A stretch of 64,000 nt of DNA. Origin: Ascidiella aspersa (taxonomy: Eukaryota). Numbering within the stretch: position 1 is the stretch's first letter; each line of letters opens with the position of its first letter. Location of the stretch: NCBI GenBank assembly GCA_963924565.1, contig OZ004612.1, positions 11,780,001 to 11,844,000 of the forward strand. The letters run 5' to 3'. Shown one piece after another: positions 49,977 to 61,315 of this stretch. A program made the translations under genes and the position numbers. A model generated the notes under the pieces. The model saw only the letters and a list, made by a program, of their open reading frames with translations, did no database searches and was not told the origin of the DNA.

Positions 49977-50140
49977 GTGGTTCCTGATTACGAGTTAAAA
50001 ACATTCAAAGAGCAGCGATGCGTAAAAATGTCTTGTATATATTTTTATTTCAAAATATTTACTAGACGAAATATCCAGGATTGGTTGGCCAAGTTTAACT
50101 AGGTTTTTACTAATTTATAATACGACACTGCCTTTAAAAT

Positions 50141-50734
50141 CAGGGAGTCGAACCGTTTGAGTTTTCCGGTTCAGGTTCGGTTCGGGTTCAAGGTTTTTTT
50201 CGGAATCCGGTTCAGTTCCGGTTTCGGTTTCGAGCAATTTAAAAGTTCCGGTTCAGCTCCGGTTCGACCATCGTTATTTCAAAACCGGTTCATTAAGTTC
50301 CGGTTCGGATACAATATAATTTGCGTAAAATCTAAAAATGTTGGCCAATAAATGTAGAGAATAAACTTTAAATTGTAAGTCATTTAATCTAAGTTGCGTG
50401 ACGTATTAAAAAACAGCAATTCATTATTAAAATATCAAAAAAATAAAAAAATCACGTTTTATTCAATTAATATATATATATTTTTTCATTAAATTTCGAA
50501 CATGGCGTAATTTGACTGTGTAAAATACAAGTTGTGACGTCATGCTGGAGTGAACCGCTTTTGTTTACAGGTTCGGGTTCGGTTAAGGTTCGGGTTCTAT
50601 CAAATTAATCGGTTCAGTTCCGGTTCAGCTCCTTACAATCTTACAAAAAACGGTTCAGGTTCGGTTACGGTTCGGAAAAAATTAACCCAAAACCGGTTCA
50701 TAAAGTTCCGGTTCGGTTCCGGTTCGACTCCCTG
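50141..50734. mobile_element. hAT MITE with arrays of CGGTT subterminal repeats
   Basis: 15-bp perfect TIR CAGGGAGTCGAACCG / CGGTTCGACTCCCTG, flanks CTTTAAA(A)T, many CGGTTC units at both ends. Confidence 0.88.
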
Positions 50735-53619
50735 CTTTAAATTGATTTGACCACTGGCGTGACTCCGGCGTATTTTGCGCAGAAACTGTAAATAAGCAAT
50801 AATAAACTGCAAATAAACTGTTATTATGCCATATATTGCGGCCTCTAAATCAATATTAGCCTAATTATCCAGTTGTACCTAACCATGTAATTTTTTCTGA
50901 AGCCACGAGTTAGAAAAAACATTTGTGGCATTTTGACAATTTACCAAAAATAAATAGCCTATTGACCTAGGTACTTATAGTGTTACATCTTCGTACTTCT
51001 TCCGTCGCCTGGCGTGATATGAAAAGAAATGCATAAAACGTTTTAATCCGAAAAGTTGCATTACGTAACGCTATAGCTTATGCTTCGTTAGCCTAAACAG
51101 AAATTTATGCCACCGTTTGTTGTTTTTTTTTCACTACAATACGTTTTTTCGGTGCCAAATTATTATTATTGGGTAGGTTTGTTGTAACCTACTATGTAAG
51201 TTTGCTCATGCCTTTAAAAAAAGTTTGCCGATGCCTTTTCGGCAATGTAATAAAAACTAGAAATGAAATTTAAAAGAAATGCCGATATATTCCAAAAAAA
51301 TCGCGCTCGCCTCCCTCGCCAGGTGCGCTCGGACTTAAAAGGTTAACAAACGCGAAACTAGAATACCAATTTAAGTTATCGCGTTTTCTCAATGTAGTTT
51401 TATTACACTTTTCATTAGTAGTTTGTATAACGAAAAATGGATTCGAATTTTAAACTGAACAAACGTTTTTGTATCGCGCTTCGCGTCAACACTTTGTTAC
51501 TGCCTCCTTAAATGTAATTAAACACGTTTTCAACTGCAAAAAAAATCCAAGGCCCGCCTGATTTACAGCTGGTGTAACATTTCAATAACACAATTCTTAG
51601 TTAACATTTTGTGCGGCCCGCAGAGACCTTTTTGAGTTTCGCTAGTGCCCGCGACTAAAAAAGGTTGCCGGCCTATGATTTAAAGTCTTTGGCGCAGAAA
51701 GTTGTATTTTTCCTGGTAATGACATAACCTTGTGAAAAAATGTATGGATATTAGGAATTATTTAGGAATTCTTTTATGTTGAGACAGCGACAAAACTGGA
51801 TTTCGTTATGAAACAATATGTGAATTGTCAGCTATATTAATTGCAGTAGCGCAAAGCAGTTTGCACAAGTGTGCTTAAACCTTCAAGCAATTATTGTTTT
51901 ATGTCATTTATATGTTCTGTTACCTATACATGCCTTAGGTTTTTAATAGCCACCTACGTCATTAATTTAGTTCAATTTATACACAAGCTCATGTAAATTC
52001 CTATAGTGAGTGTGATAGACAACCTAAAATATGACTGAAAGCTCATCGAAACGAAAGTGCAGACAATAAGATGTTAAGGTACACCGAGCGTACTTACAAT
52101 GAAAATCCCCATTTCGTCCTTTGTGCTATCTAGGATAAATTATATCTCTTTCAACAACTTGGTGTAATCGTAACCACTGTAGCCTATAACGCTTGTTCTA
52201 TCTCAGCTTAATTTTGTTTATTAAATTTAACTGATGTGCGAGTCGAGACTTGGAACGCAGGGCAAGTGGGCCTGAACCGGGGATTATTCGGGGGCAACAG
52301 TGCCCTGGAAAGCCTACCAATAGTTGCGTATTAAAACAAATTACTGAAGCTTTAAAACATATTACCTCATGTTTCAAAAAATATTCCAAAAATGTTTGCC
52401 CATATAGACATAAATGTGGAGCAAATCGCTACTTAACCCATCCTCGCACAACTTTTTAGGTAGGACAGTGTTACGTCATTGAATGGCTAATGCTCTGTTT
52501 TATATAAGTGTCATCGTATCAATATCACCCCTGGCTGACTATAGACCTAGTTAGAAATTCCACAATACCCAATGGAAAGGTCTATCAACAACAATTTCTC
52601 GCCCATCTGCGTGTAATACACGCAAGTAGACATTAGCGAAGTACAATAAGTATGTCAATGAATTGTTGGTAATTTGCGCTTTAGTTTTAGACGAATACCT
52701 ATGTTCGTTATTTTGATTATTTGTTTAAAGCAGCACCCTGTTTGTGTTCTTTAAGCGAACACGTCACTACGCTGCTTCTTTTCATGCCATCTTATGTAAT
52801 GCAATTACCCTTTCAGTTACTATATAGAATACAACCGCTTGCGGAAGTAGATAAGCAATTTCACAAAGTGTAACCAATGAATAGAAAGAAGGAAGAGGCA
52901 AGCGTTGTGTACGACAGACAATTTTAAACCAACGGCCTATATTTAAGTGGGGTAAAGAAAAAGGAAGTTAAACTAGAACTTGAAGAAAACCCCAAATAGA
53001 CTATTACGAATGTTTTACGGTTAATTTCGTTGTTAGCCAGAAACCAGCAAGGTCGATTAATGTGAGGCTAAATAGCTTAAAATGACTAGAGCCTTGAATG
53101 TAACATTAAAAAAAGGTATTACTCCGAATTCGGTAGCTTTATTTGTGCTTTTATGTTTTTCGGCTTTCGATCGTTGTGCGTTGTACCGCTTGATTTTTGG
53201 GTTGTGAGTTTTATGTCGTTTCTTACTAATCTGCTGTTTTGTTTTGCCTTTTTTATTTTACATTTTTAATATTTTAATATTTTATACAATTTAGTTGTAC
53301 GAAAAACTGATGATGCCGTTCATTTATATGGCGAAATGCATAAGTTTTAGTCCTTGCTGACTGATTGTTGTTCAAAACGCTGCGCTTCTCAAGCTATTCT
53401 AAAGTTAAACTATAAGGTTAATATACTGCAGGAAAAAAACAACAAGTTTTGTGAGAAAAAAGTGGAAAGCGAAATAGACTTGATAAGATAAACCTTGATT
53501 TTTAGCTGTGTTAACACTGAAATTAATACAACTGAATTAGTTCATATTCTTTTGAGCTTCGTATTTTTGAAACTTGTGAAACATTGTGTATTTGACTTTC
53601 AGGTGTCAATAGTTCTAAA

Positions 53620-56600
53620 ATGCATCTGATCTCATCACTATTTTTGTTGTTCTTCTTGCTAAACTGTCTACATCTCTTGGTCAACGGAAATGTTGCAAAA
53701 GATATTAAATTTGCCGATTATTATCAATGTGAACCTCTCGCCAATAAAACGTTCTATAAAATCGCGTCAACCTCTGCTAAAAGAGCCTTTCGCCAAATGG
53801 GTTTTCCAAATTGGACAAAAGAGTCGCTTCCACAAATTGACTGCTATAAACGTGGAATTCAGACAATTCCACGCCTTCTCGACTCGAAGGTCGAGGTGCT
53901 TTTGCTCAACAACAATCTGATAATGTACGTGGGTTCAGATGATTTGTCAAAGTATACGTCCCTCATAGCCCTTGACTTGAGCGGCAACTGTCAGAAAGAA
54001 ACTAGTCGTGACCAACCATTGTGTGGTGGTCACATGCGGTTCCACCCTTCAGCGTTTTCTCACCTCTTAAGACTGAAGTTCCTCGACTTGAACCACAACT
54101 TAATGCTGACGATGCCGAAAAACCTCCCGAGGTCGCTAGAAGTGTTGATAATTGACGATACCTTCATGGGGCCAATTTTCGAACAGCAACTGTCCGTGCT
54201 GACAAACCTCGACGCGATTAGCTTGCAGGGAAACTGCAATCAAGCGCAGGCTGCCAGTCAGTGTCCCAGAAATTTCACTGTTCACGGAACTCCTTTTATG
54301 AACGGCAGACTTCGTTTTTTCGATGGAGGCTACAACAACAATTTCGAACAGCGGGGGTCGGTGCCAACACATTTGTTTTCAAAAAGCATGGAGTTCATAT
54401 TGTTAGAAAGAAATCCTATACACTTGCTCGACAGAAAAGACTTTAATGAAACATTGAAACTGGCCGTTTTAGATTTATCATGGACGTCAAAGTTTACTTT
54501 CATTCCCTTGAAGATTATGCCGGGCGCTTTGGAAGGCTTGCAGCATTTAAAAAAACTAAACCTAGCGGGTAATATGCTGACTACTCTACCCAAAGACTTT
54601 CTTGTGAAAAACAAAAATCTTGAAGAATTGAATCTAGATTTTAACTGCTTCAAGTTATTAACGTTAAACCCGACCATGATACCCTTTTTGCCAGAATTAA
54701 TGAATTTATCTCTTCTTGCAAACAATCGATGCCTAAGCGAAGCGTATTATCCTAAACCACTACAAGTAGGCGAACTTATTCTGGGAAAGGCGTTTCGCAA
54801 CTTTCCAGCTCTTCGCACTTTAGTGCTTGGACCGACATACAACCAAAAGCATTATGATCAGTATGCCACATACGGAATAACGTATAAAAATGTCACCGCG
54901 CGCAGTTTTGCGGTTCTTGCAAATCTTAGTCATTTTGAAAATCTTATCTTGGGCTGTTGTGGTATTACAAACTTTGACATGAACGCACTAAACAGATTGA
55001 ACAATTTAAAAACGATCGATCTGGCCTTAAACAAAATCATGTCTATTTACCACGGAAGGCCCAACGTTAAAATACAAGAAAGTCTTAACAATGCTTCCAC
55101 GCCGAAAGAACAAGGTATTTACGAGTTCAACATGTTTGTATTGCGACGAAATTACTTACAAAAAATAGAAAGTCGGACCTTTGGAGGAAAACCAATTGCT
55201 CACCTTCTAGACCTGAGTCACAACGATATTTTGTATGTAGAAAAATACTCCTTTTCTTCGCTTAAAAATCTAAAGAAAGTTGACCTGAGTCATAATCCAA
55301 TCCGGGCAATATCGTATTGGGCATTTCAAGGACTGTCAAATATGGACATTTCCGTTTACGGATCCTTTTTTGACCCTGGAATGACATTGAACTTTTTAAC
55401 CGAAATACAGAATCGAGTCAATTTGACAATCGGCGGTGGCGACAGTGGGCTGTACTCCTTTTTGAACTGCTGTTTAAGTCACAACGTTAGGTTTAGAAAC
55501 GTGCAGAATCTTAATATTTCTAACATTGCAATTCCAAGCTACATTTTTTTGCAAAACGATTTCAAGTACGCCATGTTTCCTGCAATTACGAGGTTGGTTT
55601 TGCACAATGTAAATTTAAGATGGGGACTAAACGGTAACCTTCTGAAAGGCACACCATCAATCACTTACTTAGACATTAGTCAAAATTATCTGGAATTGTT
55701 TCCCTACGCTGCGCTTTATGATTTGCCAGTCTTGGCCACATTATACATAGATCGAAACCTAATCGATTCTCTAAACACTTCGCTGACGTGGTGCTGTCCT
55801 CATCTTGAGAAGCTAATAATTAAACACAATATTATTAAATCTATAGCACCGAAGTCGCTAAACCTGTCGAAATTATACCATCTCGATATCTCGTTTAACA
55901 AACTTCAGGATTTGTCGCCATTAGTGTTTACGAAACAGGTTTTGTCCAAAATAAAATACTTGGATCTTCGCGACAACTCAATGTCTTGTCACTGCTCCAT
56001 GAGTGAAAATTTTGGGTGGCTGATACGCTCAAACATGCTTGATCGCCACATCTTTGTATACGGTTTCCGACCTTTCTGTCCAACCCAGAGGTCTGAATAT
56101 TTCGGCGGCTGTCTAATGTGCGATACAACAGAGGGAAAACGTGTAACTATTTTTACTTATAGCTTGTCCTACTTTTGTCATTATAACTCAGCCTTGCTTA
56201 GCATGTTAGTATCCTGCGTAGTTAATCTAATTATGTGTGTTGGAGGCCTAATCGGTTTTAGCAAAAAAGTTAAATTACTTGTTGCAAAAACAGTGCACAA
56301 GAAAATACGGAATTGGAATGTTGATTCCGCTATGCTTTCAGATAACCAATCTGTTGACACTGCTGATAGCAGTTTGATATACGCACATCACGCTTTCGTA
56401 ATTTATGACTCCAACAATATGTCAGTTGTTGATTTTGTGGAGAATCACTTTGCTCAAAAACTGCAGCACGGCACTCCAAGGCTGGAAATCGGGATTATGG
56501 GCCAAAACGACTTTTGCGGAATCACGCCCCTTAACCAGCTTCTTTTGCGAATGCAGTCCAGCCGAAAAACCATCCTTATCTTGTCCAAGAACTTTGGCCT

Positions 56601-56820
56601 TTCTCGCAAGTGCAAGTATATAATATCGGTGTTAGAAGATTGGTCGTTTTCTGGAAACCGCGATCGCTGCGTGATAGTGAACTTCGAACAGGGCGCCGGC
56701 TGCGGTTCCTTTGTCAAGTTTAAAGCAAGGAAGCATCCACACAGCGTTGTGCAGTATCCAGGATCTGTTGAAGACCTGGAACTGTTTTGGGAAGAGTTGC
56801 GGACATCAATTTTACTCTGA
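53620..56820 (+). CDS. Toll-like receptor (signal peptide, many LRRs, LRRCT, transmembrane helix, TIR), TLR7/8/9-like ectodomain, intronless CDS
   Basis: 1066-aa ORF with hydrophobic N-terminus, repeated LxxLDLSxN motifs, LRRCT NSMSCHC...FC, TM ALLSMLVSCVVNLIMCVGGLIGF, TIR box1 HAFVIYD, SSRKTILILSKNF and box3 FWEELR. Confidence 0.96.
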   Translation: MHLISSLFLLFFLLNCLHLLVNGNVAKDIKFADYYQCEPLANKTFYKIASTSAKRAFRQMGFPNWTKESLPQIDCYKRGIQTIPRLLDSKVEVLLLNNNLIMYVGSDDLSKYTSLIALDLSGNCQKETSRDQPLCGGHMRFHPSAFSHLLRLKFLDLNHNLMLTMPKNLPRSLEVLIIDDTFMGPIFEQQLSVLTNLDAISLQGNCNQAQAASQCPRNFTVHGTPFMNGRLRFFDGGYNNNFEQRGSVPTHLFSKSMEFILLERNPIHLLDRKDFNETLKLAVLDLSWTSKFTFIPLKIMPGALEGLQHLKKLNLAGNMLTTLPKDFLVKNKNLEELNLDFNCFKLLTLNPTMIPFLPELMNLSLLANNRCLSEAYYPKPLQVGELILGKAFRNFPALRTLVLGPTYNQKHYDQYATYGITYKNVTARSFAVLANLSHFENLILGCCGITNFDMNALNRLNNLKTIDLALNKIMSIYHGRPNVKIQESLNNASTPKEQGIYEFNMFVLRRNYLQKIESRTFGGKPIAHLLDLSHNDILYVEKYSFSSLKNLKKVDLSHNPIRAISYWAFQGLSNMDISVYGSFFDPGMTLNFLTEIQNRVNLTIGGGDSGLYSFLNCCLSHNVRFRNVQNLNISNIAIPSYIFLQNDFKYAMFPAITRLVLHNVNLRWGLNGNLLKGTPSITYLDISQNYLELFPYAALYDLPVLATLYIDRNLIDSLNTSLTWCCPHLEKLIIKHNIIKSIAPKSLNLSKLYHLDISFNKLQDLSPLVFTKQVLSKIKYLDLRDNSMSCHCSMSENFGWLIRSNMLDRHIFVYGFRPFCPTQRSEYFGGCLMCDTTEGKRVTIFTYSLSYFCHYNSALLSMLVSCVVNLIMCVGGLIGFSKKVKLLVAKTVHKKIRNWNVDSAMLSDNQSVDTADSSLIYAHHAFVIYDSNNMSVVDFVENHFAQKLQHGTPRLEIGIMGQNDFCGITPLNQLLLRMQSSRKTILILSKNFGLSRKCKYIISVLEDWSFSGNRDRCVIVNFEQGAGCGSFVKFKARKHPHSVVQYPGSVEDLELFWEELRTSILL

Positions 56821-58581
56821 AACTCTCATTTCAAATCACCTGTTGTAAACCACTTAACTTTAGGATAGTTTACCTTTGCCAAGTAGGTCAAACCAACAAA
56901 TCTCGAACGTTCCTGAATTATGGATGAAAAAATTGTCCTAATATTATTGTTAGAAATAGACCCGGGCTGAATATTTAATTTCTGTTTTATGCTATATTTA
57001 AAGACAAAACAAAGACTTATTTAATTGTGCAATATATCATTTTTTCTGTTTTTGTTTAATTTTCTTGTAAGACCAATTGATTTGTTTATCGACTTCTTGC
57101 TTCAGGCTACCTAACTCGTTGTTTATATTATTTAAGTCCACACTTGGATATTTAGTGTGCACAATTGGCTGATAGTAATTTTCAAAAATTTGGTTTTAAT
57201 GTAAACCTAATCTAAACTGTAAATCTCTTTATAAATGATAATTTAATTGAAAAATACATTTTGTTTGTCGCCATTAAACGTGCATGAGTTCCATTTAATA
57301 GTGAAAGTTACAGTACTGGAGTTTATAAACGAAAATGGCCTGAAACTATTATAACTCGATTTCAAATTTATGCGGTCATTAGCGTAACAGAAAAATACTT
57401 TACAATCTCACCCCTATTTAAAATTGCGCACCCTTTTTTGGTTGATTCGTCGCTTTGGCAAATCAAAAAAAACAGTTTTGGGCTATTTACAACTACAAAA
57501 AAGCACTTCCGTTTTACACACATTTTCAAAACATTAAAGGACAGTCATTATTCTTTACGTGATTTTGGTGGAATTATTTATAATGTATTTATTGTCCTAA
57601 GTTGCGTAATTTTTAGTCATTCGTACAATGTGTAAACAAGAAAAATGCGTAATGGTCTTCTATAAAACATTTCATAATATATAGATAAATATGTTTGAGT
57701 AAGAAAACTTAAAATAAGATTCATGACAGGCGACATTTAGAAATGTTACTGTGAGACCCAAATATATGACAAATTATGAATAATCGGAATAGAATGAAAC
57801 GGGAGTGGTTGACTTACTTGCAAGGATAGTTATTTGAAAAGCATCTTTATAATTTGAAAAACATCTTGATCATTTGAAACACATTTTTAGAACACATAAA
57901 ATTACAGCGTGAATGGCGCAACACAATGGAAACGAAATAAAATGAGGTGCATAGAATGAAATGTAAATGTAAAGCAAAACTTCATGACAAGGGACTGCGT
58001 GAAGCAAGCGAAATAAAAAGTGGAAGTGAAAAAACGCGAGTGATAGATTTGAAAGTTACTGTGACCTATAGCTTTTATTGAGAAGCGTCCTGTTTGAACC
58101 CAGGTTCTTTGAATTAAACACATTCTTAATGGCTGCATTTAAGTATGGCACAAGTTGACCTGGAGAGACTTTCAGCTTTAATATGTGGGGTTAAGTATTA
58201 ACTGTATTTAGCCTAGTAGCATTGCTTAACCTAAATTCAGGAAGTTCGTCATACTATTGATTAATTATATTATTAGCGAAGGCGTACAATTCGTCAAAAT
58301 TAAATTTCGCATATTTTAAATATTGTTTTCTACAAGCCATGTCATTAACATGTATATAAAATACGAATTATCTCATATATTATTTCTTATTTCTTTTCAT
58401 CTTATTGTGCGTAATGTTAATAGTGAAAAAATCTGTTTAATAATTATATTGAACACAGTTTGCATGGCTAAGGATCGCATTTGCGGAAATCCCAGCAGAG
58501 TATAGAATTCACATGGTTTCGATCTAAGCGCCCAACATCGAAACCTCACTTGATCAAGCGACCCATGGTAAATTTATTGAA

Positions 58582-59691
58582 TTAGACGCACACGGAAACT
58601 GATGAGCGCCTGTCAGGACACAATAGGTCGCCCGCTTTCCCAGTCCTGGGCTTTTTGTCCGCAGAAAGTCCCGTGGTAACAATGTTTCGCCGTTGAACCG
58701 CCACATCACTTTTGTCCATATGGGGCATTTGAGTTTTCGTATTAGGAGCCCTTATCTCGTCTTTCTCGGTTTTCTTAAGGCCTTTTAAGTCTCGAATCGA
58801 CCTCTGATATGCGATGGTCTGACGCAGGCTTTGATCGAGGTTTATTGAATAGCGACAGAGACGTGTCGCTGTCTCCTTTCTCATGACACCTTTCAGATCT
58901 TTAAGGAAGCTGTAGAAGATATCTGGGTCGCCATCAAGTGCCAAGAGGCGGTTGTTTTCAAAGCAGCGCATTTCTCTTGAAACCTTTTCACTTGAAAAGA
59001 TCAAATACCGTGATTAGCCCAAATGTAAACTCGCATACATACAATGACCAGTGGCATGAGGTTGCGTTGCTAGCAATTTTCCCCGTTAATCGTGCAAGTA
59101 AAGAGTTATTTTTCTCATGTTTGAATGTAAGCGAACAAATCAATCCAAACGTTTAAGTTTGCCTTTAGATTTAACTGTGAATAAACAATGACAATTGGTG
59201 GTATAACAAATTTAGCTTTTTTGACAATTGTCTGTATGTTTCGGAGGCTTGCGTGCCAATTTTTATTAGGTTGCGTGCCACATTTGACACACGTGCCTCA
59301 TGTTCGACTCCCCTGGTTTAAGCAATATCGATCCGAGCATGGCACCAACGTTTTACCCTAATAGCGAAGAAAGCGCAGTTTAAGGAAACACCTTTGAACT
59401 TATAAGTCATCAGAAAAGTGAAGTTAATCGTACAGAAAATATCTCAATTAGATTCTTAAAAATCTAAAGTTCAAATCCTCCATGAATAGGGAAATGTATA
59501 GGCACATATATCATACCAGTAAATGTCGAAAAGCGTCTCCTGGTTTCCGATTCCCTCTTCGCTCCTCCCGGCGCTCGATCTCTGATCTGCATCTTCTATC
59601 ACCTGGAGAATGTAGCTCATCCTGTACGGCCACTGATCCGTCAGGATTACCCATCTAACGAGTTCCTCGGCGAACTCCTGGCACCTACGAC
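58582..59691 (-). CDS. KAP-family P-loop NTPase (NKPD1/Kidins220-like), last two exons 59691-59517 and 58990-58582; 5' part not identified in the window
   Basis: LVRWVILTDQWPYRMSYILQVIED, LLALDGDPDIFYSFL and YSINLDQSLRQTI match the C-terminal KAP motifs (WVxLxxQWPxRxSW, LDGDPELF, TVNLD). The TG|gtatga...ttttcaag|T junction is in frame. The acceptor at 59691 is one of several nearby AGs. Confidence 0.85.
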
Positions 59692-60547
59692 CTGTTTGCA
59701 GACGTTTTGTTACAAGATTTAAGTTATATGGTCCTGCTTTCACCATTTGTTTAATCTTAGCCTTACATCGTATAACTTCGGCATTTTAGATCAGTGCTAC
59801 ACAACATGGGATCGCGACCTTCCTAGGGTAACATAACAAGTTATAAAGGTCGCCTTAAATTATAAATTTAGCTCGCATACAATTGATTTATGTCTTTACA
59901 GATAATGTCACAAGTTATGCATAAGTTATTTGTTTAAGATATTAAGTCTTTGGTTGTTGCAGTATGCAGCGTTACTCTAAAGCAGGGGTAACTTCTCTAG
60001 TCGGCGGGCCTGATATGGGAAAATGAAATAGCGGGCCGGATTCCTGATCGATATGTTAATTGTATTTCGAATGCCATAGCCTACATTCTACATGTTTTGT
60101 CGCACAATGGCGGCTGATGTTGTTCTCTTTAAACACGGCAACACTTTCATTTTACAGCAAACATGCGGCTTTGTTGCCGAGTTAAGTACAAAAGTACTTC
60201 GGCAACCAATCATTGTTAAATTTGCAATTTTACGTTTCTCGGCAAAATCCAAAGGAAAATATTGATTGAAAATTCAAAATCTAATTTGAGAACACACAAT
60301 ATGGCACCATGACAAAATAAGAACTTAATCGTCTGAATAAGACATAAATCGAAATAAATCCGAAATTCTTTGGAATAATTCAATGAAACATTCACACAAA
60401 TGTGTGTTAATAACTGAGATCTAGCCCTTCGAAGCTGCTTTTTGACCAACGACTACGGCTTACGTATAATTAGTACACCGAAAGCCATCGCAGACTCGCC
60501 GAATCTGTTGATCTATGATACAAGCAGAGCAGGCTAGAAAAACAACT

Positions 60548-60622
60548 AACCTGTAGTGAGGGTCGAACTCACGACCTCCGGTCAAGCCGGGACCGTCGCT
60601 CTACCAACTGAGCTATGCAGGC
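60548..60622 (-). ncRNA. tRNA-like Pol III element (tRNA pseudogene or SINE head) with aberrant anticodon arm
   Basis: GCCTGCA-TA-GCTCAGTTGGTAGAGC-GA-CGGTC-CCGGCTT-GACCG-GAGGTC-GTGAGTTCGACCCTCAC-TACAGGT: perfect D- and T-arms, intact A and B boxes, TTTTT terminator about 6 nt downstream. Confidence 0.75.
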
Positions 60623-61315
60623 TCAGAAGGGAACGAGTAGAGAAACAACCATGCGCTAATGCTTGCTCAATCTGTTAGTACAAGCAACCTCATAGAAGGG
60701 GATCCACAGTACTATATCATTTAATCAATGATATAATGTCAAAGCGCAAATATTAAACATTGCGTTATCGTGTTTCAAAAGATGTAACGACATAAATACA
60801 ACGGCAATATTGCAAAAACAATATAATTTCGCGCAAAAAAATTTCGACTCCCCCTGTTGCTATAGCCTGTTATAATTTATAAAATATGAATGAAAATAGT
60901 CCGAAAGGGCGATAGCTTTTATCGTTTATCTATAAGTTAATTTAATAGGGAGGTGATACCGTGGATTTTCAAAAAAGGAACTATAGAAGATTCGCGCGCG
61001 AAAAATTTTTGCAGTTTTAATGTTAAAGTTGGCAAAAAACAGAGTTTGTATGTAGGAATTATGCCTAACCCAAACGAAACCATTAAAATCACTGCAAAAA
61101 GTTAAAATATTGAAGTCGAGCTCGCGCCCCCTTAGAATTGCTTGGCGCCCCCTCGGTTAAGAACCGCTGTTTTAAACATTATTTGTCATCTTTATTGTCT
61201 TTAGTTATGCTTTATTATTACATCATAGCTTGTTTTATGATGTCTATTGTGACATCATAAAGCATCTATTATTTTGTACTACCTGCTATCAGCGAATCGT
61301 TCGCATTAGTTAGAA

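Noticed and set aside
50150-50725. CGGTTC repeat arrays as CRISPR-like or satellite repeats
   Set aside because: No repeat-spacer periodicity; bounded by TIRs and a TSD, so these are hAT subterminal repeats
53690-56717. Short ORFs overlapping the TLR on both strands
   Set aside because: Shadow ORFs of the long TLR reading frame with no independent coding signal
60548-60622. Functional tRNA-Ala(GGC)
   Set aside because: Lacks U33, purine 37 and G3:U70, and the anticodon arm length is non-canonical; reported as tRNA-like instead
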